NCBI RefSeq assembly: GCF_009914755.1 | Contig: NC_060927.1 | Source of the DNA: the human T2T-CHM13v2.0 reference genome, Homo sapiens | DNA length: 64,000 nt | Strand: one strand, 5' to 3' | Part shown: piece by piece, positions 48,640-61,544 of the stretch | Layout: every line of letters starts with the position of its first letter | Numbering within the stretch: position 1 is the first letter of the stretch | Made by a program: the position numbers and the translations under genes | The notes under the pieces: generated by a model | The model's database searches: none | What the model was told of the DNA's origin: nothing | Seen by the model: only the letters and a program-made list of their open reading frames with translations

Positions 48640-49695
48640 CTCACTACTTTTTCAGCCACTGCCCACCATCTAGTCCCAAGGCCAATATAACTAGTTTTGA
48701 TTTTCTTTTACAGCAGCAGTCCAATCCTAGTACCACTTCTGTATTTGGGTTCAGTCAGATAGGTGGAGCCACTGTGTATGTCACGGGAAAAGGGATTTAC
48801 TATAAGAATTAGACTTTACACAATTGCGAAAAAAAATTTGGGAAGTGAAGATTCATGTTATGGGCTGAATTGTGGTCCCTCCTTGAATTCATATGTTGAA
48901 GTTCTAACCCCAGTACCTCAGAATCTGACTGTATTTGGAGACAGGGTCTTTAAAGAGGTAATTAAGGTAAAATAAATCACTAAGATGGGCCCTAATCTGA
49001 CTGGTGTCTTTATAAGAAGAAATTAGGACACAGACACACACAGAGGAAAGACCACGTAAAGACAAAGAGAATACAGCCATCTAGAAGCCAAGATAAGAGG
49101 CCTCTGAAGAAACTAATGCTACTGATACTTTGATCATGAACTTCTAGGCTCCAGATCATGAGAAAATCAATTTCTTCTGTTTAAGCTAACTGATCTGTGG
49201 TACTTTGTGGTGTAAGCCCTAGCAAACTAATGCAGTTTAAAGGGGAATTTGGAGAATCATAGTCACCATCCATCCTCCTCAAGCCCTGACATGGATGGGC
49301 AAGTTGGAACTTGCAGGGAGAATCTGAGAAGTCAGGCAGGTCCAAATGTTGAAGTGGAAATGTGAGGTGGGATTCATGGAAAGGTATGTGGGAAGCTGTT
49401 GAATCTCTGCAGCTGCTATTTCTGTGGTAACCAGGCATCTGGTAGTGGGTGTGGAACCACTGTTGGTGATTAGAGCTAGAAACGGGATGAGAACAAGTTG
49501 AAACCCATCAGGCACCTCTCTGTCTTTCTGTTACATTTCTGACTTCAAAGACGTTTAGGGAGAAACAGTTACTGCTTCACTTCCACTTCCCAAGTCTTGT
49601 GAAAGTTCTGCTTTTAGCCAACTTGAACTTGGAGCCATAGAGAAAAGGAGATTCTGAGCTTTCAACTTGACCCAGTTGACAATAGAATGGTGCAG
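48640..49695 (-). mobile_element. Old ERVL/MaLR-class LTR with the start of its internal sequence, interrupted by MLT1B
   Basis: LTR-like end 'tgtatttgggttcagtcag...gggatttactataagaattag' at 48740. The adjoining 48660-48739 reads on the minus strand 'gaagtggtactaggattggactgctgctgtaa', like a MaLR internal start. The element resumes after 49234. Subfamily unsure. Confidence 0.5.
48856..49234 (+). mobile_element. MLT1B solo LTR
   Basis: 'tgttatgggctgaattgtg...cccagtacctcagaatctgactgtatttggagacagggtctttaaagagg...ccctagcaaactaatgca'. Confidence 0.92.
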
Positions 49696-49722
49696 CTCAT
49701 TAACCCTTTGAGATGCTCTGGA

Positions 49723-49728
<6 letters not shown>

Positions 49729-49770
<42 letters not shown>
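49729..49770. repeat. (AG)21 microsatellite
   Basis: Directly visible, uninterrupted. Confidence 0.97.
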
Positions 49771-49775
<5 letters not shown>

Positions 49776-50894
49776 AAGATCTAACAGGTTGCATACATAC
49801 CCAAAACTATAATCCTCATCATTTACACATTAAAGGCTCTTAGAAGTCTGGCTGAAAGGAACCCATATAATTTTGATCAAGCTTTTCCCAAACGTTTTTG
49901 ACTACTCAGCCTTCTTTCTCCTGAGCATAGCCATATTAACAACCTGAAAGCTTCAGAATGGATGTTGGCAACTGCTCCTTGATGGCAGCCCTGTCAATCA
50001 GTTATTCTCTATGCTGTTCAACCCCCTTTATGTCCATGCCCCACCTCTTAGGTAGCAGTTCCTCCCTCAGAGGGATCTTCTACCCAAGGGTTCTCTTTTT
50101 GCCTCCTCTTGCTAGCTAGCTCCTGTCCTACCTGAAGGCTGTACAACCTCAACCCTGAGCCTAAAGCCCACCCTATTCTCCCAGCAACCCACAGCATGTT
50201 GCATGAGACAGGGCAGAGCAGTGATGGGCAGGTCAGGTGTGGTGATGTGTGTGGTGGAGGTACTCTGGAAGAACATGGCCAATGAGTTCCTAGCTGCCTG
50301 CTCTTCAACACAATTTGTTTCTAAAAATTGTTATTTGTGTGAGAGATTCACTTTCTGAACAAATTGGGGTAACTTTCTTGCTATCCCCATAATAGTGTCA
50401 TGCTTATCCCTTGCATGGAGAGATGGTTTCTTGAGATTTAGAGGGTTGCATGGAGTGGAGACAGGAAGGGAATCTCAGATAGTTGGGAAAGGCCACTGGG
50501 AATGTGGCACACAGGTGACTCTCATCCATCATGTGGGTCCAAAGTTCATACAATATGAAGCCCGATTGTTTTAGACAAATGATAGGGATTACTATTTGGA
50601 TCATACTTTAAACAATAGGCCAGATGTTTCAAATCTGTTGTCTCAGGGTCCAGGCTATTGTGATGTTTACACTCTGTCCTACCAAGTCCTGCGGATCTGA
50701 ACAAATACATTCTCCACTACTGAAGTTGCCAGAAGTACTGGCTGTCAGCCCAGACAGCAACCGGAACAGAGGTGGGCTTTGCACTATATATTGATGCTTG
50801 TGTTTTCTTTGTCAATCCAAACATTTGTTGAGGAATTTAAAGCTAAATTTGACCCAAATTCAACCAGGTCTTGGAATTGTAAAACAAAAATTAA

Positions 50895-51255
<361 letters not shown>

Positions 51256-51749
51256 TAGCTTGACAGTGCTTTAAATAGCTGTTATTGGGAAAGCACTGAG
51301 AAGTCTAAAAAGAGTGCATTCCGTTTCTTGCCTTCTGCACCCCCACTCCTAGGGGTCAGTTGGCAGAGGAGCTATAATTACACCTCAAATGGTTTTAATG
51401 ACATAGGAGAGAATTCTGACGCCTTAGGTTGGAACAAAAGCAGGCGCCTATCTTCAGTTGGGCATAGTTCACAAATCTCTCAGCTTTCTCCAGATAAAAA
51501 CAGTCTTGAGAATTCCTGAGAGACAAGATCCCCTAGAGGGGGCCAAGAAATGGAAATAGATGCATTTATTTTAAGCAGCTCATAACTCTGGTCTTCAAGG
51601 CCACCTCTTCTCTACCATTTAACTCTGTGTAAATTAGGGCTTTGAAGAACTGGAGGTATTTTAGATCACTTTCCATAATCCCGGGGAAAACTGCTCTGTG
51701 GATGAACATTTTCAGTTTATTCCCGAGGAGCCAGTTTTCTCAGAAATTC

Positions 51750-51804
51750 TGTGTGTGTGTGTGTAGGGGTGTGTGTGTGTGTGTGTGCGCGCACACACGC
51801 GTGT
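51750..51804. repeat. (TG)n/(CG)n/(CA)n alternating purine-pyrimidine tract
   Basis: Directly visible. Confidence 0.92.
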
Positions 51805-52704
51805 TTTTGGAGGGGAGGGTGTCTAAGTGGTCACCCTGGCTCAAAATGGTCACCCTCGCTCAAAATCACACCTCCAGCTTTCTCATTCTCCTGGCTCTCC
51901 TGCTGTGGGGATGATCAGGAAAGCCAGTCACCTTGGGGACTCCAATGAAGAGGTGGAAGAGGAGAACATTGTGAAGCTAGGTTTCTAGCCTCTGATTCCC
52001 TCCCTGAGGCCAGTTCCGTCTGGAGCACAAACACCGGCCAAGTGGATGCATTTTCCCAAGAACCAGCAGAGGGAGCTTGGAATGGAAGCCAAGAGCCTCC
52101 AAGGGCCTCAGATGGGAGCATTAGCAATTCTGGTTTCCATCTGTTTCTCTCTGTTTATGACACCAAACAAATAACAAAGGACCCCTCCTTGAAGTTGTAG
52201 GTGGATTTGTGCTCTTCAGTTGATCAGAGGCACCTGTTCCCCACTTTGGGCAGCCGGCTTCCCACAGAGAACCACAGCCTTAATGAGGGGCAATCTGCTA
52301 CCTTACCTCCTTGCTGTGAGACTCCCCTGCCCAAACCCCATGTGTAGAAAGCCTTGGGGGAGTGGGAGCAGCTGCTCCCACAGTGAAGACAACTAGTGTG
52401 CTGTCAAGACCAGACAACTGGGGAATAAGATGACCTCTCAAGAAGTCTGTTCTGGTAGAAATATTTTCCAGGACCAATTGAATAGAGCCAGGTGAGAAAG
52501 GCTCAAACCCTCATGGGAAGGGATGACAACTTAGCTAACAGGATGGGCTTTCTGGCCTTTGAGGTTAGATCAATACACAGGGAGAAGTTCAATAAAACTT
52601 TTGGGACAGAGCTTTATTATTACTTATTTCATTTTTATTTGAGGTATAATGCATACCATAAAAGGTATACAATGCACAAATCTTGAGCTACAGCTTGATG
52701 ACTA

Positions 52705-53099
52705 CAGTCATGCATCATTAATGACAGGAATATGTTCTAAGAAATGCATTGATAGGCAAATTTGTTGTTGCATGAACATCATAGAGTGTCCTTACACAAA
52801 CCTAGATGGTGGAGCCTACTACACACCTAAGCTGTATAATATAGCCTGTTGCTCCTAGGCTACATACCTGTACAGCATGTTACTGTATTGAATACTGTAG
52901 GCAACTGTAACACAATGGTAAGTATCTGTGTATCTATGTATATCTAAACATAGAAAAGGTAACGTATTACACTATGACATTACAATGGTACTACATCAGT
53001 AGGCGAAAGAAAATTATCAATTTCATTACAATCCTATGAGATCGCTGCTGTATATGTGATCAGTTGTTGACCAAAATGTCATTCCGTGATGTGTGTCTG
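52705..53099 (+). mobile_element. Tigger3-family (TcMar) non-autonomous element
   Basis: 'cagtcatgcatc...aaacctagatggtggagcctactacacacctaagctg...ctg' with a TA TSD at 52703-52704 and 53100-53101. Confidence 0.88.
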
Positions 53100-53500
53100 T
53101 ATTTACCTATGTAGACACCCATGTGACACCATGCAGATCAAAATATTGGGCATTTCCAGCACTCTAGAAGTTTTCTTTATGCCACTTCCTGGTGAGCACC
53201 AACTCTTCCAAGATAATCACCATTTTAACTTCTTTCATTTCACCATTGATAAGTTTTGCCAGTTGTTGGACTCGTATATTATGTTCATTTTTTGTGCCTG
53301 GTTTCCTTTACCCCAATATGATGTCTGTGTGATTTCTCCATGTTGTGTTGGACACTAGTAGTTAATTCTTTCTTAATGGTGGCTAGTATTCCATTCCATG
53401 AATATACCACAGTTTGTTTATCCATTCTCCTAATGATGGACATTTTGATTGTTAACAATTTTTGGCTATTATAAATAAAGCTCTATGAATATACATTCTT

Positions 53501-53657
53501 TTTTTAAAATTATACTTTAAGTTCTGGGATACATGTGCAGAATGTGCAGACTTGTTACATAGGTATATATGTGCCATGGTGATTCACTGCATCCATCAAC
53601 ATGTCATCTACATTAGGCATTTCTCTCAATGCTATTCCTCCCCTGCCCCCCAACCCC
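53501..53657 (-). mobile_element. L1PA (about PA7/8) 3' fragment with a 15-bp TSD
   Basis: 'ttatactttaagttctgggatacatgtgcagaatgtgcag'; TSD tgaatatacattctt / tgaacatacattctt. Confidence 0.92.
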
Positions 53658-54129
53658 TGAACATACATTCTTGTACAAGTATTTGTGAGCACATATGCAC
53701 TCATTTCTGTTGGGTATATATTGAGAAATGGAAACACTGGTTACAGGGTACATTTATGTTTAGCTTTAGTCAATACTGCCTAACAGTTTTGTAAAGTGTT
53801 GAGCCAATTTATACTCTTGCCAGCAATGAGGGGAGTCATACTGGAGAGCTTTTAAACCAAAATAGTTGCAGCCACACCTCTAGCCTGACGCCATACTGTT
53901 TTTCTGGTTCTTCTATAGGATCCATCTGGGACAACACCCTGCTTTGGCCATGTCTAGGGTCATGAATAGGGTGCTATCTGAGCAGGACTTTTAGTCTGAA
54001 TTTAAGGTTGGGGTCAGTCCTTTGTCAGTGATAGGAATCAGTCTGTGGTTAAGGAAAGAACAAGACCACCTTCTCATCCTTTTTGCAATGGTTAGTGCTC
54101 TTCACTTGTGATGTTGATTATGACGGTGG

Positions 54130-54335
54130 CAGTGGATACCACTTACTGAGCTCTTAGCATGGGCCACTGTCTCCTTCAGTCCTCACAACAATCAGATATG
54201 GTAGATAACATTATTATTACTTAGAAATTGAAAAAACCAAGGCTCAGCAAGGTTAGACAGCACATCTAGGCATGCAGCTGGTAGGTGGAAGGGCTGAGAT
54301 TCATATCCTCAGCTAAAAAACTCTTGCTTTTCTTT
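54130..54335 (-). mobile_element. MIR
   Basis: 'ccacttactgagctcttag...tcctcacaacaa...aaaccaaggctcagcaaggtta'. Confidence 0.65.
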
Positions 54336-54339
54336 CCTT

Positions 54340-54870
54340 TAGTAATGTTACTTATTCTTTGAAAACAGATACTGGGCACAAATTCAAAAGGATACAAATA
54401 GGAAACACAAAGAAGAGCAAGCTATTCTTCCAGCTCCTCCTCTACCCATTTCTTCTTCCCAGAGTCAACCACCATTAATAGCCTCATGTGTGTGCTTCCA
54501 GAGACGGTCTGTGCATTTACAAACATAGACAGAGATTTAGAATGGTATTTTTCCCCTATTCACTGTCCTGAAACTTGCTTTCTTCATTTAACAAAATATG
54601 CCAGATAGCTTTTCATTTTGGTATACAAAAATGACCTCTTTTTCACAGCTGTACTAATTTATTTAAGCGTTCCCCTTTTGATGAACATTTAGGTTGTTTC
54701 TGATTCTTTGTTATTATGAACGCTGCTGCCACAAATATCTTTGTATGTATGCCACATTTCACATGTCAAGTATATTTGTTTGATGAGTATTTAGAAGTAG
54801 AATTGCTGAGTCAAAGAGTGTGTGTATCTCATCTTCCATAAATATTGTCAACCTGCCCTCCAAATGGCAA
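54340..54870 (-). mobile_element. L1ME-type 3' fragment
   Basis: 'gatgaacatttaggttgtttctgattctttgttattatgaacgctgctgc...agaagtagaattgctgagtcaaagagt'. Confidence 0.7.
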
Positions 54871-56462
54871 AACCAGTGGATTAGGCTCAGAAAGTCCAGG
54901 AGATATCAGATCTCAGCAAATTTAAATACTCATCATCACCCTGTTGAGAGGCCTGGCACCCCATGTTTTCTGAATGTGTGAATGAAAGAACCCTTCCTCT
55001 CAGCAAACACCGCAGGCCTCCCTGCATGCTTTTTGCATCACAGCTATTCCTTAACTTCTCTGTGATGGCTTTACCCTTGTAATGTTTTCTCCCAGGTTAG
55101 ATAGAATGATCTGAGGACAGGAACTTATTTTCCACCTTTGTCCATTACATTTCAGCTTGACAGTGTGAGGCTGAGGTTTCTAGGCAAGTGTGTGACTGTT
55201 ACTGAATTATTACTATGTAAAAAGATGTTTATCAGGCGTTCATAAGAATGCAAAAGTTTCTGGTGCTTTTTCTACTCACCACTCAAACTTCTTAAATTCT
55301 CCCAAACCAGGGATAGGGTTAGTCTCAAAGGCAATGTTAGGAGTGAACCCTGAGGGAGGAACCATCTGTGGATAAGAATAAATTGAGCCACTCATAGTGG
55401 GATTTCAGGCACTGTATTGAGTACACGTCAGAGGCACATGAGGCATGGGGGCCTCTCAAACCTCACCTACAGAGGTTTTCTATATGCATCCTTTCATTTC
55501 ATCCCCTTTTCCATCCTGAGCCCCTAAATAAAGCAGGCTGTAGGTGGAAGAGATGCCTCCTTTTCCAGGACAAAAGGCTCCTGCCAACCGCAGTCCTCAT
55601 TTACATTTTGTTGACTTATTAAAGTGAGATCCAAATGTTTCGTTGCTCTCAATTACATTTATTAATGGAAGCTAAAAGCCTCTGAGGGTGAAGCTTATTG
55701 GAACATATGGTCATCTCTGAGAGCCTCCATCTCTCAGAGAGCTCCATCTCTGAGAGCCTGGGGCTGAAAAGCACAGAGAGGCAATGCACTGGGATTTTAA
55801 TAACCATTTGGTTTCCCCTCCCCCAAATAATTAAATAAAAAGAGCTTTTCTTCTAAACTTATGAGGGAGAATTTGCCAGTAAATCAGAAAAAAAATCAAG
55901 GGAAATCTAGAAGATATATTCATATTAATAATGTCTGCAGACATAAACTTCGGAGATTTAAAGTTTGCTTTGTTTTCAAACTGTCTTCCTTCAACTTTGC
56001 TGTATTTCTCAGTAGTTTTGATACTTGTTTAGAGAAGAGTTGTGGATATTGAGATCCATAAAAGGCCCCATCATTGCCTGGTTCACAGATGAGGAAACTG
56101 AGTGTAAGACACAGAAGGAACATGCCCAGGGTCCCTATGACAAGAAGGTAAAGGGAGAGTGAGGCTGATGGATTAGGGTAGCCAGGACCTTTTTGGGAGG
56201 AGGTGAGTTTGGGCTTTGATTTGAAGAATAGATAGAATTTGGCTGTGTGAAGAGTAGGGGGAAGTTGCTGAAGTAGGAGACACTGATGTGAAAAGGTTTG
56301 AAAAGATGTGGGCTTGTGTCAGGATATTTGTGTTGAGGATAGAAGAAAGAACATACAAGGATTTTGAATGAAGAAGCTAGATGCCAAGAGAAATGATGGC
56401 ATTCTGATGATGAGGTGGAGAACAGCCAACATTCATTGACTCCTTCATAATAACCTCATGAG

Positions 56463-56655
56463 CAGAATTTCTCAACCTTGGCACTCGTGATGGTTGGGGC
56501 TGGATAATTCTTTGTTGTGGGAGTTGTCCTGTGCATGGTAGGATGTTAGCAGCATCCCTGGGCCTCTATCTAGTAGCCAATGCCATTCTCTTCCTAATCT
56601 TGGCAACGAAAAATGTCTCCAGACAATGCCAAATTTCCCCAGCTGGGAACTATTA
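56463..56655 (-). mobile_element. MER20 (hAT-Charlie) inserted in a MIR
   Basis: 'tttctcaaccttggcact...ggataattctttgttgtggg...gtcctgtgcatggtaggatgttagcagcatccctgg...aaaaatgtctccagacaatgccaaat'. Confidence 0.88.
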
Positions 56656-56810
56656 CCCCATGAAGTAGGTGTATTATAATCCCCTCCCTACAAGTAAGGG
56701 AACTGAGTCTCAGGAAAGGTAAGGAACTTCCCCAGGGTCCCTTAGCTAAAAAATGCTGCAACTAGGTTTTGAACCAGAGCAGTCTGTAGAACCTGCATTC
56801 TTCACCAGGG
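56656..56810 (-). mobile_element. MIR (continues the fragment left of MER20)
   Basis: 'ggaactgagtctcaggaaaggtaaggaacttccccagggtc'. Confidence 0.7.
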
Positions 56811-57374
56811 TGAGACTGGATAAATAGGTAATAGAGAATTAATTACAGTTAGGAAGTGAGGAATAAAGGCTGCTGAAGCCAGTCCCCCATCAGTGCTCAT
56901 GGAATGGGCTGGGTAGAAGGGCTGGCAGAGCCCAGCACAATAGGAAGTGGAAACTGGTTAACTACAATTCTCTGAGGCCAATGACTCTCTGAATATTAAA
57001 ATGTCAAAGATGGAAAACATTTATCTTGCCATAAAGCTAGGCTCCCAGGCTCCAGGTGATTAGTTATGGATATGTTGCAATATTTCAGAAGTGATTACCC
57101 AGCCTGCTTTGGATTAAAATGCATTTTGTGGGTAAAAAGTTGATAGGCTAAAAAAAAAATTCTAAATCTAGAGTTGATGTTTGCTTCTCCCCAAATCTAA
57201 TTCCTGCCTCACACTGCCACTATAAGATCTATTGATCTGTTAGTTTGTCTCACATTGGAATAATGCAAAGTAAATTTATAAACTCAAACACCAGGTGAAT
57301 CATCAGTTAAAAAACATGTTGCTTCTCAAGACATCTTCCCCGCCTCTTCCATCTGATTTCATGTTGCTGGTTAC

Positions 57375-57700
57375 CATTCATTTATTTATTTAACAATTAT
57401 GATATTGTGAATTGAATAATATTAAATTTGGCCCTGGGGATATACAGTTGAGATACAGATTCTTCCCTTTGAGAACTCACAGTCTTCTGATCTGTCTAGG
57501 GCAAGCACAGGCATCATAGGACAGTTTCAAGAGGAGATAATAGGACTAAGGCATAGGAAGAGTGTGAGGCACTCCGGGTGGTGGACAGAGTATATGAAAA
57601 GGCCTGGAGGCATGGCATCTTGGAGTTTTGGAGGAATTGCACGCCATTTAACACGGCTTCAAGGGAGAGTGTAGGTAAGGACACAGCTTGATTGTAGCCA
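57375..57700 (-). mobile_element. L2 fragment
   Basis: 'cattcatttatttatttaacaa...ccctttgagaactcacagtct...atatgaaaaggcctggagg'. Confidence 0.55.
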
Positions 57701-58049
57701 AGTTGCATCCCACAGGGCCCTCTTTTCTTTCCCTTCTGGCCTTTGTTTCTGTTTTGTGGATCCCCAGTTCACCACCTAGCACTTTGCCACTTTTCAAGTG
57801 TCAATTTACCTCTCCAGAAAGCCTTTCTTAAGTACCGCCTGTTCCCTGCTCCCACTTTGACTCCTCATGACTCTCAGGATTCATACCCTTATTTTGGTAA
57901 TCATCAATTTTTATCAATAGTTGAGGTTCTTTGAAGGCAGGAATTGTGTCTTATAGTTCTGTGGCTTCCTAGCAGAACTTTAAGAAAGGACTGGTACTCA
58001 ACAAATATTCCATTGCTCATTTCTTTTGAAATATCAGATCATCACACCG

Positions 58050-59120
58050 AAGACCTGGTGGTGTTCATTGCGGGCAAATTTGACTGAATTTCTACCTCTG
58101 TCTCTGCATGGCATCACTTACCACTCTTTCCTGGGTTTACTCCCACTTTGTTGTTTGGTCCCTCTTGGTATCTTGTGAGACTTCCTCTGCATCTGTGAGC
58201 TCTGGTGTTCCCTAGGTTCTGGTTTGGTATCCGGTATCTTTACAATCTACACACTGCCTGGCCAATGTTTTTGTTTAACGTTTTTAATTATCATCAACTT
58301 GCAGACAACTCTTAGTCCAGCCAAGAAATACTCCTGTATCCCAGACCTATTTCCACCAGGACTGCCCCTACTCTGGGGCCTACAGTAGAATTCCTCATTC
58401 TTACCATCTCCTCTCTTAAACCTACTCTTCCTCATTCTGTATTCTATGGCCTGGTGAATGGCACCAATGTTATTTCAGATGCCAATCCAGAAATCTAGGC
58501 AACCTTCAAGAGTTCTTTATTTCTGTCCAACCAGACACCAAGCCCAGTAGAATCTCCCATTAAATTACTTCTAGAATCTGTGCCTCCTTCTCCAACTGTC
58601 TTTACTATTGGTTTAGAATTTATTTTATTTTTATTTTTTTGAGACTGAGTCTTGTTCTGTTGACCAGGTTGGAGTGCAGTGGCATGATCTCGGGTCACCG
58701 CAACCTCCACCTGCCAGGTTCCAGTGACTCTCTTGCCTCAGTCTCCTGATTAGCTGGGATTACAGGCATGCACCACCATGCCTGGCTAATTTTTATATTT
58801 TTAGTAGAGATGGGGTTTCCCCACGTTGACGAGGCTGGTCTTGAACTCCTGACCTCAGGTGATCCACCCACCTTGGCTTCCCAAAGTGCTGGGATTACAG
58901 GCGTGAGCCACCGCACCAGCCAGAATTTATTCTTTCTTGCTGAGACTATCTGTCCTTAGCTGCTCTTCCTGTCTCAAAGAGAGTCCCACTACCTTTCTAA
59001 AAACCAAGATTGATATTACCATTCTTTCATTTAAATTCTTTAGGAAAAATTTAGGGATAATATTTAAAATCCTCAGGTGAAATCTCAAGATGCTCCATAA
59101 ACTCACTTCCACAACTTTTT
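58050..59120 (+). mobile_element. L2 fragments interrupted by an Alu
   Basis: 'ctgcatggcatcacttaccactctttcctgggtt...gtgaatggcaccaat...ccagaaatctaggcaacctt'; resumes after 58921. Confidence 0.6.
58625..58921 (-). mobile_element. AluSx-like with TSD
   Basis: Full antisense Alu; TSD agaatttatt at 58615-58624 and 58922-58931. Confidence 0.95.
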
Positions 59121-60104
59121 CCAAAAAATTACTTTATGACAGAGACCATGGAATACAGGGACTCCACAGAGTTTGGTAAATGATTAAGTGTTTTGACTAT
59201 CTGAATGTGGTGTGAGTGTGGTTTTAGCTTGGGGTTGGATAATGTAACCTCACACTCAACATAATCTCTGGGGCCTGTTGTTCAGATTAACAGGGTCTGA
59301 CCTGAGACCTCTCTGCATGTTCTGGCACCTCATTTTCTGGTCCAGAGAAGGTAAATTCCCTGTCCTGTCATTAGGCCATTGTCAAATGTCCTGCCTTATC
59401 AATCAAGATATGCCAGAAATGAGTGTTCTTCAAAGGAGAGCTGGTATCCTTTTTACTAACAGGCTTTGCTAATTCCATAAAAAGATGACTTAGAGCTCTA
59501 ATCTAGTATATTTGTGAGGAAATCAGAACCTAAGATATTTTTATTTGGTAGGAGTAAATCTGTCCAATCTTTCTGCATTACTTTTTACTTTATTAGCAGT
59601 AACAATGTCCTATGTATTAATGCTTTCCTGATATAGACTGCTTTCTTGTGTAGTATCTCATTTTTATTTTTGAACTATACGAAGTTGGAATGGCAGATAT
59701 TGCTATCTGAGAAGCAAAAGTGGGATTTGGACTAGAGTTTAGTGGACTCCCAGCTCAGTGCTCATTAGACGATGGCCACAGTCTTTGTCTTTGTCTTTGG
59801 AAAAGAACCCATCTCTGAAACACTGTAGTTTCTGAAGTGGTCTCATGTATTTTTTTCTAGTTTATTTTATTTAAGGAAAATATTTCCCATTCTGTTTTTA
59901 TCTCTTTGATTTCTGTCTTACTTTCAACAGTAGTGAGATAATTGCAGAAGATAGTAGTAAGATTTTCTCTCTGTTCTAGCATTTCCTGAGGACCAACCAG
60001 AGAAACTGCTACTCTGGGCATTGGTATTTTATTACCTTGGATAGTACCCTAATCCAAGGTACACCACTTGGGACTCAACTCTTTGTCTTTGAATTCTTAG
60101 CTGG

Positions 60105-60243
60105 GTTTCAGTCATGCAAAATGAAAAAGTTTTAGAGACATGCTGTACAATAATGTGCATATTGTTAACAATACTGTACTGTACACTTAAAAGTTTGTTA
60201 AGAGGGTACACTTCGTGTTATGTATTTTTTACCAGACTAAAAA
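60105..60243 (+). mobile_element. L1MA/MB extreme 3' fragment
   Basis: 'gtttcagtcatgcaaaatgaaaaagttttagagacatgctgtacaa...ctgtacacttaaaagtttgttaagaggg'. Confidence 0.8.
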
Positions 60244-60734
60244 GATTCTTGCCTGAGTACTTAAAGGTATTTCTGCTGTGTTTTGGGGCCAAAAATTCAT
60301 TGCAGCCCAGAGAACAAGAACAGGGAACTCCACTACTGAAGAAGACAGTCTCGCACTTTCACATGACAAAAGCGAGTTCTCTTGGAGGGCTTGCAGAGCA
60401 AGATAGGGACTACTCTGATGGTGGACACATCTGGCCACATGGGACCTGAGTTCCTAGGGCTTTGACATGCAGGCATCACCACACAATGGTGAGGAATGCA
60501 GTGCTTGTTGTACATAGTCATGGACAACGCCAGTCATTGCTCCTTTACTCAGGGGACTCAGTCCACCTGGAACACTTTCTCTTCAGCTCTGCTTACTGAA
60601 TCTGTACTCTTCAGAACTCAGTTGTGATGTCACTTTCTCTGGGAAATCTTTTATTTTTCAACTCAGAGTGAATTATTCATGCCTAGGGGATTCCATAGCA
60701 CTCTGTACCATTTTGGTTATGTCTCTTAGAAAGA

Positions 60735-60960
60735 GGCAGTGTAGCATAGGGTCAAAAACCCAGATGCCGCAACTATACTGCTGGGTTTGAATCCTTACTC
60801 TACCACTCACTAGCTGTATGACCTTGGGTAAGTAGTTCATCTCCCTACTTCTTTACGACATGAGAATGAGGATGATGGTGATAATGATGACAATGATAGT
60901 ACCTATCACACAGAGTTGTTGCAATGAACCATATATGGTGAGTGCCCTGGGATGGCCATT
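60735..60960 (+). mobile_element. MIR nested in an L2 3' end (L2 about 60560-61115)
   Basis: 'ctgggtttgaatccttactctaccactcactagctgtatgaccttgggtaag'; the L2 tail 'ggtgctcaatagacatttgttgaatt' follows. Confidence 0.75.
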
Positions 60961-61544
60961 ACTATGGTTAGCCCAGTTTGGCCATGGTTGGACGTACTTA
61001 TTTGAATCCTACTGCACTGAGTGTTATTATCAGTTTTAGTAGGTATTTGTTGAGTTCCAGACTTTACATAATAGGTGCTCAATAGACATTTGTTGAATTG
61101 CTTATTGAATTGAAATTAATCAAGATGTACATAGGAAAAACAGCATTGAATCAGACAACCAATCAATGAGAATTTTGTTAAGTGCTGACCAAGAAACTAG
61201 CCTGTGCAAAGATTTAGGCCTTAGTATAGTACGAAACGTAGCAGTCTCCATTATATAATATTGTTGTTTGTTGTAATTATAATTGCTAAATTCCTTTAAG
61301 CAAGTACCAAATTCAACAGTCCAGCACAGAGCAGGATACTTAGTGGACAATTTAACAAATGTCTAGTGAATCAAATTTTCTTCCTGAGTTTAAATGACAA
61401 GGATCAGTTTACAAAAAACATAAATCACCCAAACTCTTTCAGGAATTGGTTCGCTATGGCAGGTGATGACAGCTCATCACATCATGTGCCATTCACTGAG
61501 CAGCCAAGGATACTCTTCAAAACCCAGTGTCTCCCTTTGAATTT

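Larger units (their letters stand above)
52620..53830 (-). mobile_element. Ancient L1M(C/E) 3' region hosting two younger insertions
   Basis: Antisense L1 motifs ('tagtattccattccatgaatataccacagtttgtttatccattctcc') continue across the Tigger3 and L1PA inserts. Confidence 0.8.
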
